A DNA stretch of 64,000 bases, taken from assembly GCA_038087875.1 (NCBI GenBank), contig CM075988.1:1798001-1862000 (forward strand). The letters run 5' to 3'. The notes beneath the pieces were generated by a model that saw only the letters and a list, made by a program, of their open reading frames with translations, ran no database searches and was not told the origin of the DNA. The translations under genes were made by a program, and so were the position numbers. The stretch is from Malacoraja senta (taxonomy: Eukaryota). Numbering within the stretch: position 1 is the stretch's first letter; every line of letters begins with the position of its first letter. Positions 1-12,448 of this stretch are shown piece after piece.

Positions 1-1940
1 TCTATTGATATAAACAGGATTGTGGGTCCACATCCTTCCTCTTCCAAAGATCACCACAGTCAGTTCATTGGTCTTACTGACATTGAGAGCCAGATTGTTG
101 TGCTGGCACCATATGGTCAATTGATCAATCTCAATTCTATACTCATCACCCTCTGTAATTCGTCCAACAACAATGGTGTCGTCGGCGAATTTGAAGATCG
201 GGTTCGCACTGTGTCCGGCTGTATAATTGTGAGTATAGAGTGAGTAGAACAGGGGCTGAGCACACAGCCTTGAGGTGCTCCCGTACTGATTGTTACTGAG
301 GAAGAAGTGTTTCTGCCAATTTGAACAGACTATGGTCTGTTGCTAAGGATCCAGTTGCAGAGAGATGCGCAGAGACACGGTTTTGTGAGTTTGGTAACTA
401 CCGTATTTCCCGACAATGAAGACGCACTTGCGTCGAAGACGCGCCCCCATTTTGAGTTGCTAAATTTTGAAAAAAGGCTGGCGGGACATAGAATTTCTCA
501 CGCTCAAAAAATAAAATAAAGAAAGAAAGTAACAATTCAATTTGCCCAAGGCTTCCAGATCTCCTCCATTCTGAATGACTGAATGGGTGGGTGGGGGGGG
601 GGGGGGGGGGGGAGGGTGACGGCAGGTGGAGAGTTGGTGGGAAAAACGGGAGCACACCAGGACAAGGTTAATCAGTTGTGATTGAATGACAATACTAGTT
701 CAAGGGACCAATTTACCTCTGGCAGTGCTCTCCATCTGAACACCTCTCTCATGTCAGCTGCTTGCCGCAAATCCTTAAATTCCGACTGTCAGGACATGGC
801 CTCACTTGCTGCGCTGGGTGACACTGCATGGCATTCACTGCCCAGTCCGTGTCTTTCAATGTAGACCGGGCAGTGAATGCTCAAGAGAAAAGATCATAGA
901 GCGGGTCAGCGGGTGATGGATAACAGGACAGCGGGCGGTGGAACTTACTCCTGTGTCAGTGCGAGTAACTTCAATTGGTCCCTTGATTGCGCTGACACAG
1001 GAGTAAGCTCCACCGCCCGCTGTCCTGTTATCCATCGCCCGCTGACCCGCTCCGCTCTATGATCTTTGCCCTTGTGCTGGTCCCCCCACTGTCCGGTCCC
1101 GGCGGCCGCTCGCAGCCACCCGAGCTACTTCGCTCCCCGGCCACAATGCCATGGCTCCGCGCCCGGAGCGCCGCGGCAGCGGTGAGTGAGTGAGTTGTTG
1201 GCATGAACCCCGACCCCCTCCTTCTCAACGCTCCTACCGGTGCTGGCCGGGGCCAGACTCCCCACATGCTGTGAAAGGAACTCTGCCCCCCAACCCCCCC
1301 CAGCAGCACTTTCCTTTTACAGCCGCTTCCCATCAGCTGCCAGCAATGAGGGATAGACTTGGCTATCCCTCAGTACAGCAACATCGTTCTTGATGTTACT
1401 GTACTGAGGGATAGCCAAGTCTATCTTTCTTGACTAACAATCTAACCTTCGGCCTCCAAGACGCAGGTAAATATTCGTGCCTTATTTTGGGTAAAAAATA
1501 GTGTCTTCATTGCCGGGAAATACGGTAGTTTGGTGGGGATGATGGTATTAAACGCCGAGCTGTAGTCTATAAACAACAGCCTGACGTAAGTGTTTTTATT
1601 GTCCAAGTGGTCCAATGCGGAGTGGAAAGCCAGTGAGATCGCCACCTCCGTTGACCTGTTGTGGCGGTAGGCGGTAGTGGGTTGAGATTTTTGTTGAGGT
1701 AGGAGTTGATATGCGCCATAACCAACCTCTCAAAGCACTTCATCACCATGGGCATTAGTGCCCCCGATCGCTAGTCGTTGAGACATGTCAACTTACTCTT
1801 CTTAAAGCAGGTGGGAACCTCAGACCTCAGTAATGATAGGTTGAAAATGTCCGCAAAAACTCCAGGCAGTTGGTCTGCACAGGTTTTGAGTAGACGACAC
1901 CCCCTGAAGGATCTTCTAATGTCGGCCTTTGTAACTGTGA
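1..1940 (-). mobile_element. Rex1/Babar LINE RT fragment, split by a MITE at 401-1525
   Basis: ORFs 1442-1645 and 1567-1755 ([35 protein letters not shown]) match the RT at 6555-7352. Removing 401-1527 restores IIPTKLVTK. Confidence 0.9.
401..1525. mobile_element. Non-autonomous Tc1/mariner-superfamily (pogo-like) DNA element
   Basis: TIRs CCGTATTTCCCGACAATGAAGAC / GTCTTCATTGCCGGGAAATACGG; TA TSD at 399-400 and 1526-1527; no transposase ORF. Confidence 0.88.
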
Positions 1941-1944
1941 AGTT

Positions 1945-2145
1945 ACTGGGAAGCTATAGAAGAAGTTACAAAACAATTATGACTTTTAAAAGGCATTTCG
2001 ACAAATGTATGGAGAGAGAAAGGTTCAGAGGGCTATGGGCCAAATACAGACAAATGGGACGAGCTCAGAATGCCAACTTGATCGGTATGGACAAGGTGGG
2101 CCCAAGGGCCTGCTTCCGTTTGATATGGCTCTGTAACTTTCTAAC
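1945..2145 (+). mobile_element. CR1 LINE 3' end, degraded
   Basis: TFKRHFDKCM...GLW C-terminal motif followed by a CR1-type 3' UTR (gggcccaagggcctg...ctgtaact). Confidence 0.75.
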
Positions 2146-2204
2146 CAAACCACAAGTAAAAACTACTAGCATAGCTTTAACAACCAAGCCTACACATATT
2201 TAAC

Positions 2205-3110
2205 GCACAAGAGACTGAAGATGCTGGAATGTTTAGCAAGAAAAAGAGGGCAGTTGGAGCAACTCAGTGGGTCTGGGAGCTTCTGTAGAGGGAAACGAAT
2301 AGTCGACTTTACAAGTAAGGCCTTTTTTCTGGACTGAGGGGAAGCAGCCAGTATGAAGGGATGAGCAGTGGAGTGGGGCGAGAGCTACCAAGCGATACAC
2401 ATTGGGGAGGGGGTCATTGGCAGATAACGGTCAGTTGGAGAAGAAAGGGTGGAGATCAGTGAACGAGGCTGAGGGTTTAATGAGAAGAGAACGAAAGGCT
2501 GCAGGTTCTGGTACCTGATGAATAGGTGCAAAATGGAACTGAATGAGAAGTTGTGGCCCTGGAGTAAGCGAAGAGCCCTAATGGGGGAAAGGAATCCAGT
2601 GGGGAGTGTATAGGAGGGGGAGGAGGAAATGCTGTTGGGTTGTTCATGCTGTTGGGTTGTAGACTATCCGTTGGGAAATTAAGTGCTCCACCTTTAGTTT
2701 GCATTTGGTCTCACCCTAATAATGGAGGAAGCCAAGGACTGACAAGTCAGTGTGAGAATGTGAAGGAGAACTAAAATGGCTGGCAACCAGGAAATGGAGG
2801 TGAGGAAGATGTAGGAACAGGTGTTACAATTCCTACAGTGGCAGGGGAAACTACCTGGGGAGGGGGAGAAAAGATGCATGAAGAGGGGGAGGGAGAGAGA
2901 TGAGTGAACCAGAGTGTCATAGAGTGAGTGAGCCCCATGAAAAGCAGAAAGAGGAGGAATAACCTAACCAGGCACCACAGAGGGAGTGGTCCTGGATGAG
3001 AGGAGTGGGGTGTGTAAGATGGTAACTGGTGGTGGGATCATGTTGTTGTTGACAGAAACGTTGAAGAATTATGTGCTAGATACGGAGGCTGGTGGTTGAA
3101 AGATGAGAAC
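2205..3110 (-). mobile_element. Penelope-like element 3' fragment (GIY-YIG region and 3' repeat), degraded
   Basis: ORF 2694-2879 PGSFPCHCRNCNTC resembles the Cys motif upstream of the Penelope GIY-YIG domain. 2205-2335 resembles the short repeats at 4342, 24768 and 44780. Confidence 0.7.
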
Positions 3111-3141
3111 TATTCCTATTCCTATTCTCTGGGGGAGGGGA

Positions 3142-4130
3142 GGTAAAGTACATTTATTTATATAGCACTTTTCAATCGATTTCAATCAAAAGCCAAAGTG
3201 CTTTACAGAGAAAATTATCCATATAAATAATAAAAGAGGTAGAAAAAAAATGACACAACACACTATAAGAGATTCAACACGAACATCCCCCCACAGTAGA
3301 ATCTACACTCTACACTGTGAGGAAGGCACTAAAATGTCCAGTCCTCCTCCTCCTCCTAGTCCACCCGAGGTCGGGGCCAGTTTGAGGCCACCACAGCCAG
3401 TCGCCGCAACGGCAGCCCGATGATTATAGGCCCCACCCGCATCGGGTGGAAAAGTCCTCAGCAGCTTGGAAATGTCTGGAGCGGCCGCTCCTTCCCCGGA
3501 GACTGCGACGCCCGTGGACTTCAGGCCGCGCCGGTTGGAGCTTCGACTCCGCGGTGCTTCCGATCCAGCGCCGCCCGCCCGCGGCGGGATGCCCTCAAAC
3601 CGCAGACCGCAGACCGCAGACCGCAGACCGCAGACCGCGGCTGCTCGATGTTGGTGGTCGGCGGTCACAGCACTCCGGAGCGGCGATCCGGCAAGGCATC
3701 GCCCCGCTCCTTGTTGGTGTCCCAGCGCTGTGCCGCCGAAGCTGTGGTCCCTGGCAGGAAACGCCGCTCCAGACCGATGGAAGGCCGCATGGGGAGACCG
3801 GAGACGCGATTTGGAGGAAAACCGCATCTCCGACCAGGTAGGACTGGGGTTAAAACAGTCCCCCCTCCCCCCCCCCCCCCTTCCTTCCCTCCCCCCCTTC
3901 CCTCCCCCCCTCCCCTCCCTCCCCCCTCCCCCCTCCCCCCGTCCCCCCTCCCCCCCTTCCCGTCCCCCCTCCCCCCCCCATCCCCCCCTCCCCCCCCTCT
4001 CCCCCCCCCCCCACACATAGAAAAAATAGACTAAAAAAAAACACGTTTTAAACAAATAAAAGAGTTAGAGGACGGACTGCAGGCAGACGGCCATACAAAC
4101 GGCGCCCACTCCTGCACATCCGCCATCTTG
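3142..4130 (-). mobile_element. Non-coding non-autonomous retroelement with L2-like 3' tail
   Basis: Minus strand starts CAAGATGGCG (YY1-like motif), then T-rich, G-run and GC-rich body. Ends TGTAAAGCACTTTGG...GAAAAGTGCTATATAAATAAA, typical of fish L2 tails. No TSD seen. Confidence 0.65.
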
Positions 4131-4341
4131 CAATAAGGGTTCAGGGAATGCATGTTCCTGTTAGATTGAAGGGCAAGGTAGGTGGGAGTAAGGAAGCCTG
4201 GATGATGAGAGAGATTGAGGCTCTGGTCAGGTAAAAGGAGGCATGGGGCAGGTATAGGCAGCTGGGATCAAGCATATCCCTGGAGACGTTTTGGGATCTG
4301 AGGAGCATACTTATGAAGGAAATCAAGAGGGCAAAAAGGGG

Positions 4342-4436
4342 ATAGGTACAAAAAGCTGGAATCTCAGCGGGTTAGACAGCATCCCTGGAGAAAAGGAATA
4401 GGTGACATTTCAGGTCGAGACCCTTCTTCAGACCTT
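4342..4436 (-). mobile_element. Short Penelope-derived insertion
   Basis: 10-bp TSD CAAAAAGGGG at 4332-4341 and 4437-4446. Related copies at 24768-24854, ~34115-34240 and ~44770-44930. Confidence 0.8.
4400..4435 (-). ncRNA. Minimal type I hammerhead ribozyme motif (Penelope-type)
   Basis: Minus strand AGGT-CTGAAGA-AGG-gtctcga-CCT-GAAA-TG-TC-ACCT: stem I AGGU/ACCU, CUGANGA core, stem II AGG/CCU, GAAA, GUC cleavage triplet. Confidence 0.75.
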
Positions 4437-4955
4437 CAAAAAGGGGGCATGAATTAGCTCTGGCAGATAATATTAAGGGAAATCCAAAGATTATTTCAAT
4501 TAAGTATATTGAGAGAAAGAAGTCAACTAGAGAAAGAATGGGGACCCTCAAGTTGTCATCTGTATGTGGAGCTGCAGATGGGCAAGGTCCTCAATCAGAA
4601 TTTATCCTCTAATTTTACAGTGAAGAACATGAAGACTGGAGAACTTGGGACAGTTAATAGTGATGTGTCTTATAGACAGTTTATATTATGGTTGAGGTGC
4701 TGGAAGTCCCAAGGTGTATTTAGGTAGATACATTTATCACTCCTGCTCAGCTATGTCCAGGGGCAATTGGGAAGCTAGAAAATAAATTGCAGGAGCCCTG
4801 GCTGAAATATATGAATCACCTTTAGACACAGGTGAGGTGCCGGTCGAATGGATGGGTGGCTAACGTTGTGCCTCTATTTAAGAAGGGCTGCAAGGAAAAG
4901 CCTGGGCACTATAGATCAATGAGCCTAACATCAGTGGTAAGCAAATTACTGGAAA

Positions 4956-7912
4956 TTTGCTTACCACTGATTATCGCAGCTGCGGGAGCCCTGGACTTTA
5001 AATTTTCCCACGCTGGCTGCAGAACTCCCGACCCGACTGAGGATCCCAGGTACTGTACCTGGGAACCCCGGGATGACCTGCAGAGCCCACGGGCCGGATC
5101 TCCCAGGAACAACGGAGCTGGAGCTGCCGACTTTGAAGGAACCCCCGTTCGTTACGGAGCTGGAGCTGCCGTCTGTGAAGGAATCCCCGTTCCAGCGCAG
5201 GTCCGCAGAAACAGCAGGTACGGTAAACTCAGCACCTGGAAACAAAGGGGAAGCCTCCATTGTGTCCGGAAACGTGGCCGACGGGCAGGACTTCAGGTCA
5301 GACTGAAGCGCAGGGGACTTCGGCCCCCTCTCCCTACTATCCTACTGGCCAACGTACTGTCCCTTGAAAATAAAGTGGAGGACTTAAGGGCAAGGCTGCT
5401 TTATCAAAGGGAGCTGAGGGAATGCTCTGTGTTCTGTTTCACAGAGACATGGCTCACCCCCAGCTCCCCAGACTCAGCGGTCCAGCCTGAAGGGTTCTCC
5501 ATCCATCGTATGGACCGTACACTGGCATCTGGGAAAGGGAGAGGAGGGGGCGTCTGCCTCATGGTCAACTCTGCGTGGTGCTCAGACGTGGCAGTCCTGT
5601 CCAACTCCTGCTCTCCACACCTCGAACATCTGGCGGTGAAGTGCCGTCCCTTCTACCTCCCAAGGGAATTCACCTCCATCATCATGACCGCGGTCTACAT
5701 CCCACACCAGGCAGACGTCCGTCTGGCACTGGAGGAGCTGCATGCCGTGGTCAACAAACACCAGATGTCTTACCCCGAGGCGTTTACCACCATAGCCGGG
5801 GACTTCAATAAGGCAAACCTAAAGAAATCACTCCCTAACTTCCACCAACATGTCTCCTGCTGCACCAGAGGACCAAACACCCTCGACCACTGCTACACCA
5901 CCATCAAGAATGCCTATCGTTCTATCCCTCGCCTTCACTTCGGTAAATCCGACCATACCACGGTGCTGCTTCTTCCTGCCTACAGGCAGCAATTAAAGAG
6001 TGCACCCCCAGAGGTGAGGACAATACAGAGCTGGTCAGGGGGGGGCAGAGGAACAACTCCAGGACTGTTTGGAGTCTGTAGACTGGGCAATGTTCAAGGA
6101 CTCGGCAACGGACCTGAACGAATACGCCACAGTCGTTACAGACTTCATTAAGAAGTGTGTGGAGGACTGCATCCCCACCAAAACCTTCCGAGCGTTTCCC
6201 AATCAGAAACCTTGGATGAACTTTGAGATCCGCACTCTTCTAAAGTCCAGACACCGGGCATTCATGTCTGATGATACAGTGGCCTACAAGGAGTCCAGAT
6301 ACGACCTTGGTAAGGCCATTAAAAAGGCCAAAAGGGACTTCTACTCCAAACTGGGCCTGAATGCAATCACCTCTTACAAGGCGAAATCAGGAGGCAGCTC
6401 GAATGTCAGCGAAACATCACTCCCTGATGAGCTCAATGCGTTTTACGCACGCTTTGATAGGGAGAACACCGATGTGCCTTGCTGAGCCCCCATTCGCTGT
6501 GATGGTATTTCAGTCTCAGTCACAGAGGCCGACGTCAGGAAATCCTTCAGAGGGGTGAACCCTCGAAAAGCGCCTGGACCTGATGGTATACCTAGTCGCG
6601 TTCTAAAAACCTGTGCGGACCAACTGGCTGGAGTTTTTACGGACATTTTCAACCTCTCACTTCTGAGGTCTGAGGTCCCCACCTGTTTCAAAAGGGCATC
6701 AATTATACCAGTGCCCAAGAAGAGTAAGGTGACGTGCCTCAATGACTATCGACCTGTGGCACTAACGCCTGTGGTGATGAAGTGCTTTGAGAGGTTGATC
6801 ATGATGCAGATCAACTCCTACCTCGACAAAAACCTGGACCCACTGCAGTTCGCTTACCGCAACAACAGATCAACGGTGGATGCGATCTCGCTGGCCCTCC
6901 ACTCCGCTCTGGACCACTTGGACAACAAAAATTCATATGTCAGGCTGTTATTCATCGATTACAGCTCGGCATTTAACACAATCATCCCCTCCAAGCTGGT
7001 TACCAAACTCGCAGAACTGGGTCTCTGCGCATCCCTCTGCAATTGGATCCTCGACTTCCTCACTCTCAGACCACAGTCTGTTCGTATTGGTGGAAATGTG
7101 TCAGACTCTATAACAATTAGCACGGGAGCACCTCAAGGCTGCATGCTCAGTCCCCTGCTGTACTCACTCTATACTTATGACTGCGTAGCCGGACATTGTG
7201 CGAACTCCATCATCAAGTTCGCTGATGACACCACTGTTGTGGGACGTATCACTGATGGGGTGAGTCAGAGTATAGAAGAGAGATCGAGCAACTGTCCATA
7301 TGGTGCCAGCACAACAACCTGGCCCTCAACACCAGCAAAACCAAGGAACTGATTGTGGACTTTGGAAGGAGTAGGATGGGGACCCACAGTCCCGTTTATA
7401 TCAACGGGTCGATGGTTGAAAGGGTCAAGAGCTTCAAATTCCTGGGCGTGCACATCTCTGAAGATCTTTCCTGGTCCGAGAACACTGATGCCATTATTAA
7501 GAAAGCACATCAGCGCCTCTACTTCCTGAGAAGATTACGGAGAGTCGGTTTGTCAAGGAGGACTCTCTCTAACTTCTACAGGTGCACAGTAGAGAGCATG
7601 CTGACCGGTTGCATCGTGGCTTGGTTCGGCAACTTGAGTGCCCTGGAGAGGAAAAGACTACAAAAAGTAGTAAACACTGCCCAGTCCATCATCGGCTCTG
7701 ACCTCCCTTCCATCGAGGGGATCTACCACAGTCGCTGCCTCAAAAAGGCTGGCAGCATCATCAAGGACCCACACCATCCTGGCCACACACTCATCTCCCT
7801 ACTACCTTCAGGTAGAAGGTACAGGAGCCTGAAGACTGCAACGACCAGGTTCAGGAACAGCTACTTCCCCACAGCCATCAGGCTATTAAACCTGGCTCGG
7901 ACAAAACACTGA
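4956..7912 (+). pseudogene. Rex1 APE endonuclease-reverse transcriptase ORF, broken into four pieces
   Basis: EN motifs FCFTETW, GDFN, SDH (to 6151); RT motifs PGPDG, YRPVAL, GAPQG, FADD (6555-7352); C-terminal piece 7355-7912. Confidence 0.92.
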
Positions 7913-8087
7913 ACTTTACTAGCCAATACTGTTATTTGCACTTTATCAGTATATTGACTATTGTGTATATATTTATAGAATGCCTTGTAGTAAATGCCTA
8001 CTATGTTCTGTTGTGCTCAAGCAAAGCAAGAATTTCATTGTCCTACCAGGGACACATGACAATAAACTCACTTGACTTGACTTGACT
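4956..8087 (+). mobile_element. Near full-length Rex1/Babar LINE
   Basis: TSD TGGAAA at 4950-4955 and 8088-8093; 3' tail ATTTCATTG...ATGACAATAAA-(CTTGA)n. Confidence 0.93.
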
Positions 8088-8615
8088 TGGAAAGGATTCA
8101 GAGGGATAAGATGTACATGCATTTGGGTAGACAGTGACTGATTAGAGAGAGTCATCATGATTTTGTAAGCGGGAGATTGTTTCTTACGGATCTGATTTTA
8201 GTTTTTTGTAGTAGCCAAAATGGTTGACAAGGGCAAAACCACAGATGTTGTCGAATTTGACTTCAGCAAGGCGTTTTCTAATGTCAATGGCAGGGTAGTT
8301 GAATAACTTTTTTGCATCAATCTTCACAGCAGAAGATATCAGCAACATGCCTGAAATTCAAGCGAGTCAGGGGGTGGAAGTTACTGGAGTGGCTATTACT
8401 AGGGAGAATGTGCTTGGGAAGTTGAAAGGGCTAGATCACATGGGATCCAGGGAGATAACCGACTGAATAGAGAAAGGCCTTTGTGGAAGGAAGGGTGTTG
8501 GTGGAAGGTTGTATTTTGGACTGGAGGCTTGTGACTAATGGTGTGCCTTAGTGCTGAACCCATTCCCGATAGTGGTTTATATCAAGATCTGGATGAGATT
8601 GTACAAGCATGATTA

Positions 8616-10720
8616 TATCCATATAACAACCATATAACAATGACAGCACGGAAACAGGCCATCTCGGCCCTTCTAGTCCGTGCCGAACACATATTCTCCC
8701 CTAGTCCCAACTACCTGCACTCAAACCATAACCCTCCATTCCTTTCCCGTCCATACACCTATCCAATTTATTTTTAAATGATAAAATCGAACCTGCATCC
8801 ACCTCTTCCACTGGAAGCTCATTCCACACAGCTACCACTCTGAGTAAAGAAGTTCCCCCTCATGTTACCCCTAAACTTCTGTCCCTTAATTCTCAAATCA
8901 AGTAAGTATGCAGATGATACTAAGATAGGTGGTGTTGTGGATAATGAAGTAGATTTTCTATACTCAATGCTCTGATTTATAAAGGCCAGCACACCAAAAG
9001 CTTTCTTTACCACCCTATCTACATGAGATTCCACCTTCAGGGAACTATGCACAGTTATTCCTAGATCCCTCTGTTCAACTGCATTCCTCAATTCGCTACC
9101 ACTTACCATGTACGTCCTATTTTGATTTGTCCTGCCAAGATGTAGCACCTCACACTTATCAGCATTAAACTCCATCTGCCATCTTTCAGCCCACTCTTCG
9201 AAATGGCCTAAATCTCTCTGTAGACTTTGAAAATCTACTTAATTATCCACAACACCACCTATCTTAGTGTCATCTGCATACTTACTAATCCAATTTACCA
9301 CACCATCATCCAGATCATTGATGTAAATGACAAACAACAGTGGACCCAACACAGATCCCTAAGGCACCCCACTAGTCACCAGCCTCCAACCTGACAAACA
9401 GCCATCCACCATTACTCTCTGGCATCTCCCATTCAGCCACTGTTGAATCCATCTTGCTACTCCACCATTAATACCCAACAATTGAACCTTCTTAACCAAC
9501 CTTCCATGTGGAACCTTGTCAAAGGCCTTACTGAAGCCCATATAGACAACATCCACCGCTTTACCCTCATCAATCTCCCTAGTAACCTCTTCAAAAAATT
9601 CAAGAAGATTAGTCAAACATGACCTTCCAGGCACAAATCCATGTTGACTGTTCCTAATCAGACCCTGTTTATCCAGATGCTTATATATATATTATCTCTA
9701 AGTATCCTTTCCATTAATTTGCCCACCACTGATGTCAAACTAACAGGTCTATAATTGCTAGGTTTACTCTTAGAACCCTTAAAATCTTTCTTAAGATTCT
9801 TTTTACATTCTTTATACTCCTCAAGCACCTCATTTACTCCATGCTGCCTATAATTATTGTAGATCTCTCTCTTTTTCCGAACCAAGTGTCCAATTTCCCT
9901 TGAAAACCATGGCTCTTTCCAATTATTACTATTTCCTTTCAACCGAGCAGGGACATAAAGATTCTGTACTCTTAAAATGTCACCTTTAAATGTCCTCCAT
10001 TTCTCTTCTACATCCTTCCCATAAAGCAAAATGTCCCAATTCACTCCTTTTAAATCCTTTCGCATCTCCTCAGTTAGCCTTTCTCCAATCAAAAATCTCA
10101 ACCCTTGGTCCAGTCCTGAACTTCTCCATAATTATATTGAAACTAATGGTATTGTGATCACTGGACCCGAAGTGCTCCCCAACACATACCTCCGCCACCT
10201 GACCTGTCTCATTTCCTAACAGGAGGTCCAGCACTGCCCCTTCTCTAGTTGGTACCTCTATGTATTGCTGCAAAAAACTATCCTGCACACATTTTACAAA
10301 CTCCAAACCATCCAGCCCTTTTACAGAATGTGTTTTCCAATCTATGTGTGGAAAATTGAAATCTCCCACAATCACTACCTTGTGCTTACTACTAATATCT
10401 GCTATCTCCTTACATATTTGCTCTTCCAATTCTCGCTCCCCATTAGGCAGTCTATAATACACCCCTATAAGTGTTGCTACACCTTTCCCATTTCTCAGTT
10501 CCACCCAAATAGCCTCCCTAGACAAGCCCTCTAATCTATCCTGCCAAAGCACTGCTGTAATATCTTCCCTGACAAGCAATGCAACACCTCCACCTCTTGC
10601 CGCTCCAATTCTATCACACCTGAAGCAACGAAATCCTGGAATATTTAGTTTCCAATCGCAGCCATTCTGCAACCATGTTTCACTAATCGCCACAACATCA
10701 TACTTCCAGGTGTCAATCCA
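8616..10720 (-). mobile_element. CR1 LINE, 5'-truncated with two internal deletions
   Basis: EN 10070-10693 (SETW, GDFN, SDH); RT pieces 9359-9634 and 8819-9175; (GTTATATG)-type tail at ~8616-8640; deletions near 9780 and 8900-8958. Confidence 0.9.
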
Positions 10721-11574
10721 GGATTGTAGATTACACTAAAGTGGGTGGCACCGCAGATAATGAAGGTGATTATCAAAATTAATAGCAGGATCTTGATCAG
10801 TTGTGCAAGTGGGCTGATGCACTTTAATGCAGGTAAGTTTGAGGTTTTGCATTTTGGGAAGTCAAACACAAGACCTTCACATTGAATGGCAGGGCTCTTT
10901 TGAATGTTGTAGAGCAGAGCGATCTAGGAAGGATGTAGCAGGTACACAGGTCTCTGAAAGTGGCATCACAGGTAAATAGAGTGATTAAGAAGGCTTGTGG
11001 GATATTGGGCTTCATCGGTCAGGGTACAGAATATCGATTTGGGGACATTAAGTTACAGATCTACAAGACGTTGATGAGGTCGTATTTGGAGTATTGTGTT
11101 TTAGTTTTGGTCACCTTGCGATAGGAAAGATGTTGTTAAGCTGGAGACCTAGGGTAAGACTTGAGGCCCTGAGCTGTTGGCAGTGGTTGGACAGGCAAGG
11201 ACATTATTTCTAATACAGGAAGCTGAGGGTGATCTTATAGAGGTGTATAAAATCATGACAGAAATAGATCGTAGACGGGTATTCAGCCTGAGGAGGGGAC
11301 GAGGACCAGGGGACATAAGTTTAAGATGAGAGGAGAAATATTTAATAGGAACCTGAGGGACAACCTTTTCATACAGAGGGAGGTGGGTATATGGGATGAG
11401 CTGCCAAAGGAGGTCGTTGAAGCTATCATTATAACATTTATACAACATTTGGATGGGTACGTAAGTAGGAAAGATTTAGAGGCGATACTAGACTAAGTGG
11501 AACCCATTGGGTCCCAGCTTCACATGGGAGGGCTGGTCCCCCAACACAATATTCCACCTCTCCACCAATTCCAA

Positions 11575-12060
11575 TATACACACACACACTCACACGCACA
11601 CAGACTCACACACACATACACACACACACACACTCACAAACACACACCCTCCCTCACACTCACACTCACACTCACACTCACACTCACACACTCACATTAA
11701 TTCACACACACACACACTCACACAGACTCACACACATACACACACACACACAGACTCACACACATACACACACACATACACTCACACACACAGACTCACA
11801 CACACATACACTCGCACACATACACTCACACTCACACACATAGTCACACACACACGTACACTCACACATACACTTGCACACACACATACACTCATACATA
11901 CACACTCACACACACTCACACACGCATACACACACACATACTCACACGCACATACACTCACACACACTCACACACACACTCACACTCACACGTACACACT
12001 CACATACACACTCACAATCACACACACTCACACACACTCACACACACTGACTGACACACC
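11575..12060. repeat. Degenerate (CA)n simple repeat inside the Helitron
   Basis: CACACT/CACATA/CACACA runs seen directly. Confidence 0.97.
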
Positions 12061-12278
12061 ATATATATGACAATAAACTTTCTTGAATCTACTCACACTG
12101 CTGAGCGTGGCCTCTCCACTGTGGGGCTTCCGCAGTCAGCGGAACTTCCGCAATCAGCGTGACCTCTGGACTTACTGGAAATTACGCAATCAGCACGACC
12201 CCTGCTCACCGGAAATTATGCAATCAGCGCGACCAGTCCACTAAGAGGAAGTCACAAAATGAGTGGGACTTTTGGACT

Positions 12279-12448
12279 AAACACAGTCGGACCTAATAAA
12301 GCATTTATTCCTTCCAAACACAGTCAGACCTAATAAAGCATTTATTCCTTCCAAACACAGTCGGACCTAATAAAGCATTTATTCTTTCCAAACACAGTCG
12401 GACCTAATAAAGCATTTATTCCTTCCAAACGCAGTCCTAATAAAGCAT
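12279..12448. repeat. ~37-bp tandem repeat, about 4.5 copies
   Basis: Unit AAACACAGTCGGACCTAATAAAGCATTTATTCCTTCC. Confidence 0.95.

Noticed and set aside
3303..4055. Several long overlapping Pro/Gly/Arg-rich ORFs
   Set aside because: By-products of GC-rich, low-complexity sequence open in many frames on both strands; no domain motifs.
4832..4955. N-terminus of the 439-aa ORF as a real CR1-Rex1 fusion protein
   Set aside because: Chance read-through from a degraded CR1 across the TSD into Rex1; the CR1 part is short and decayed.
11507..12070. His/Thr-rich 187-aa ORF
   Set aside because: Translation of a (CA)n repeat.
12279..12448. 37-bp repeats of CRISPR-like length
   Set aside because: Directly tandem with no unique spacers, no cas genes, eukaryotic context.
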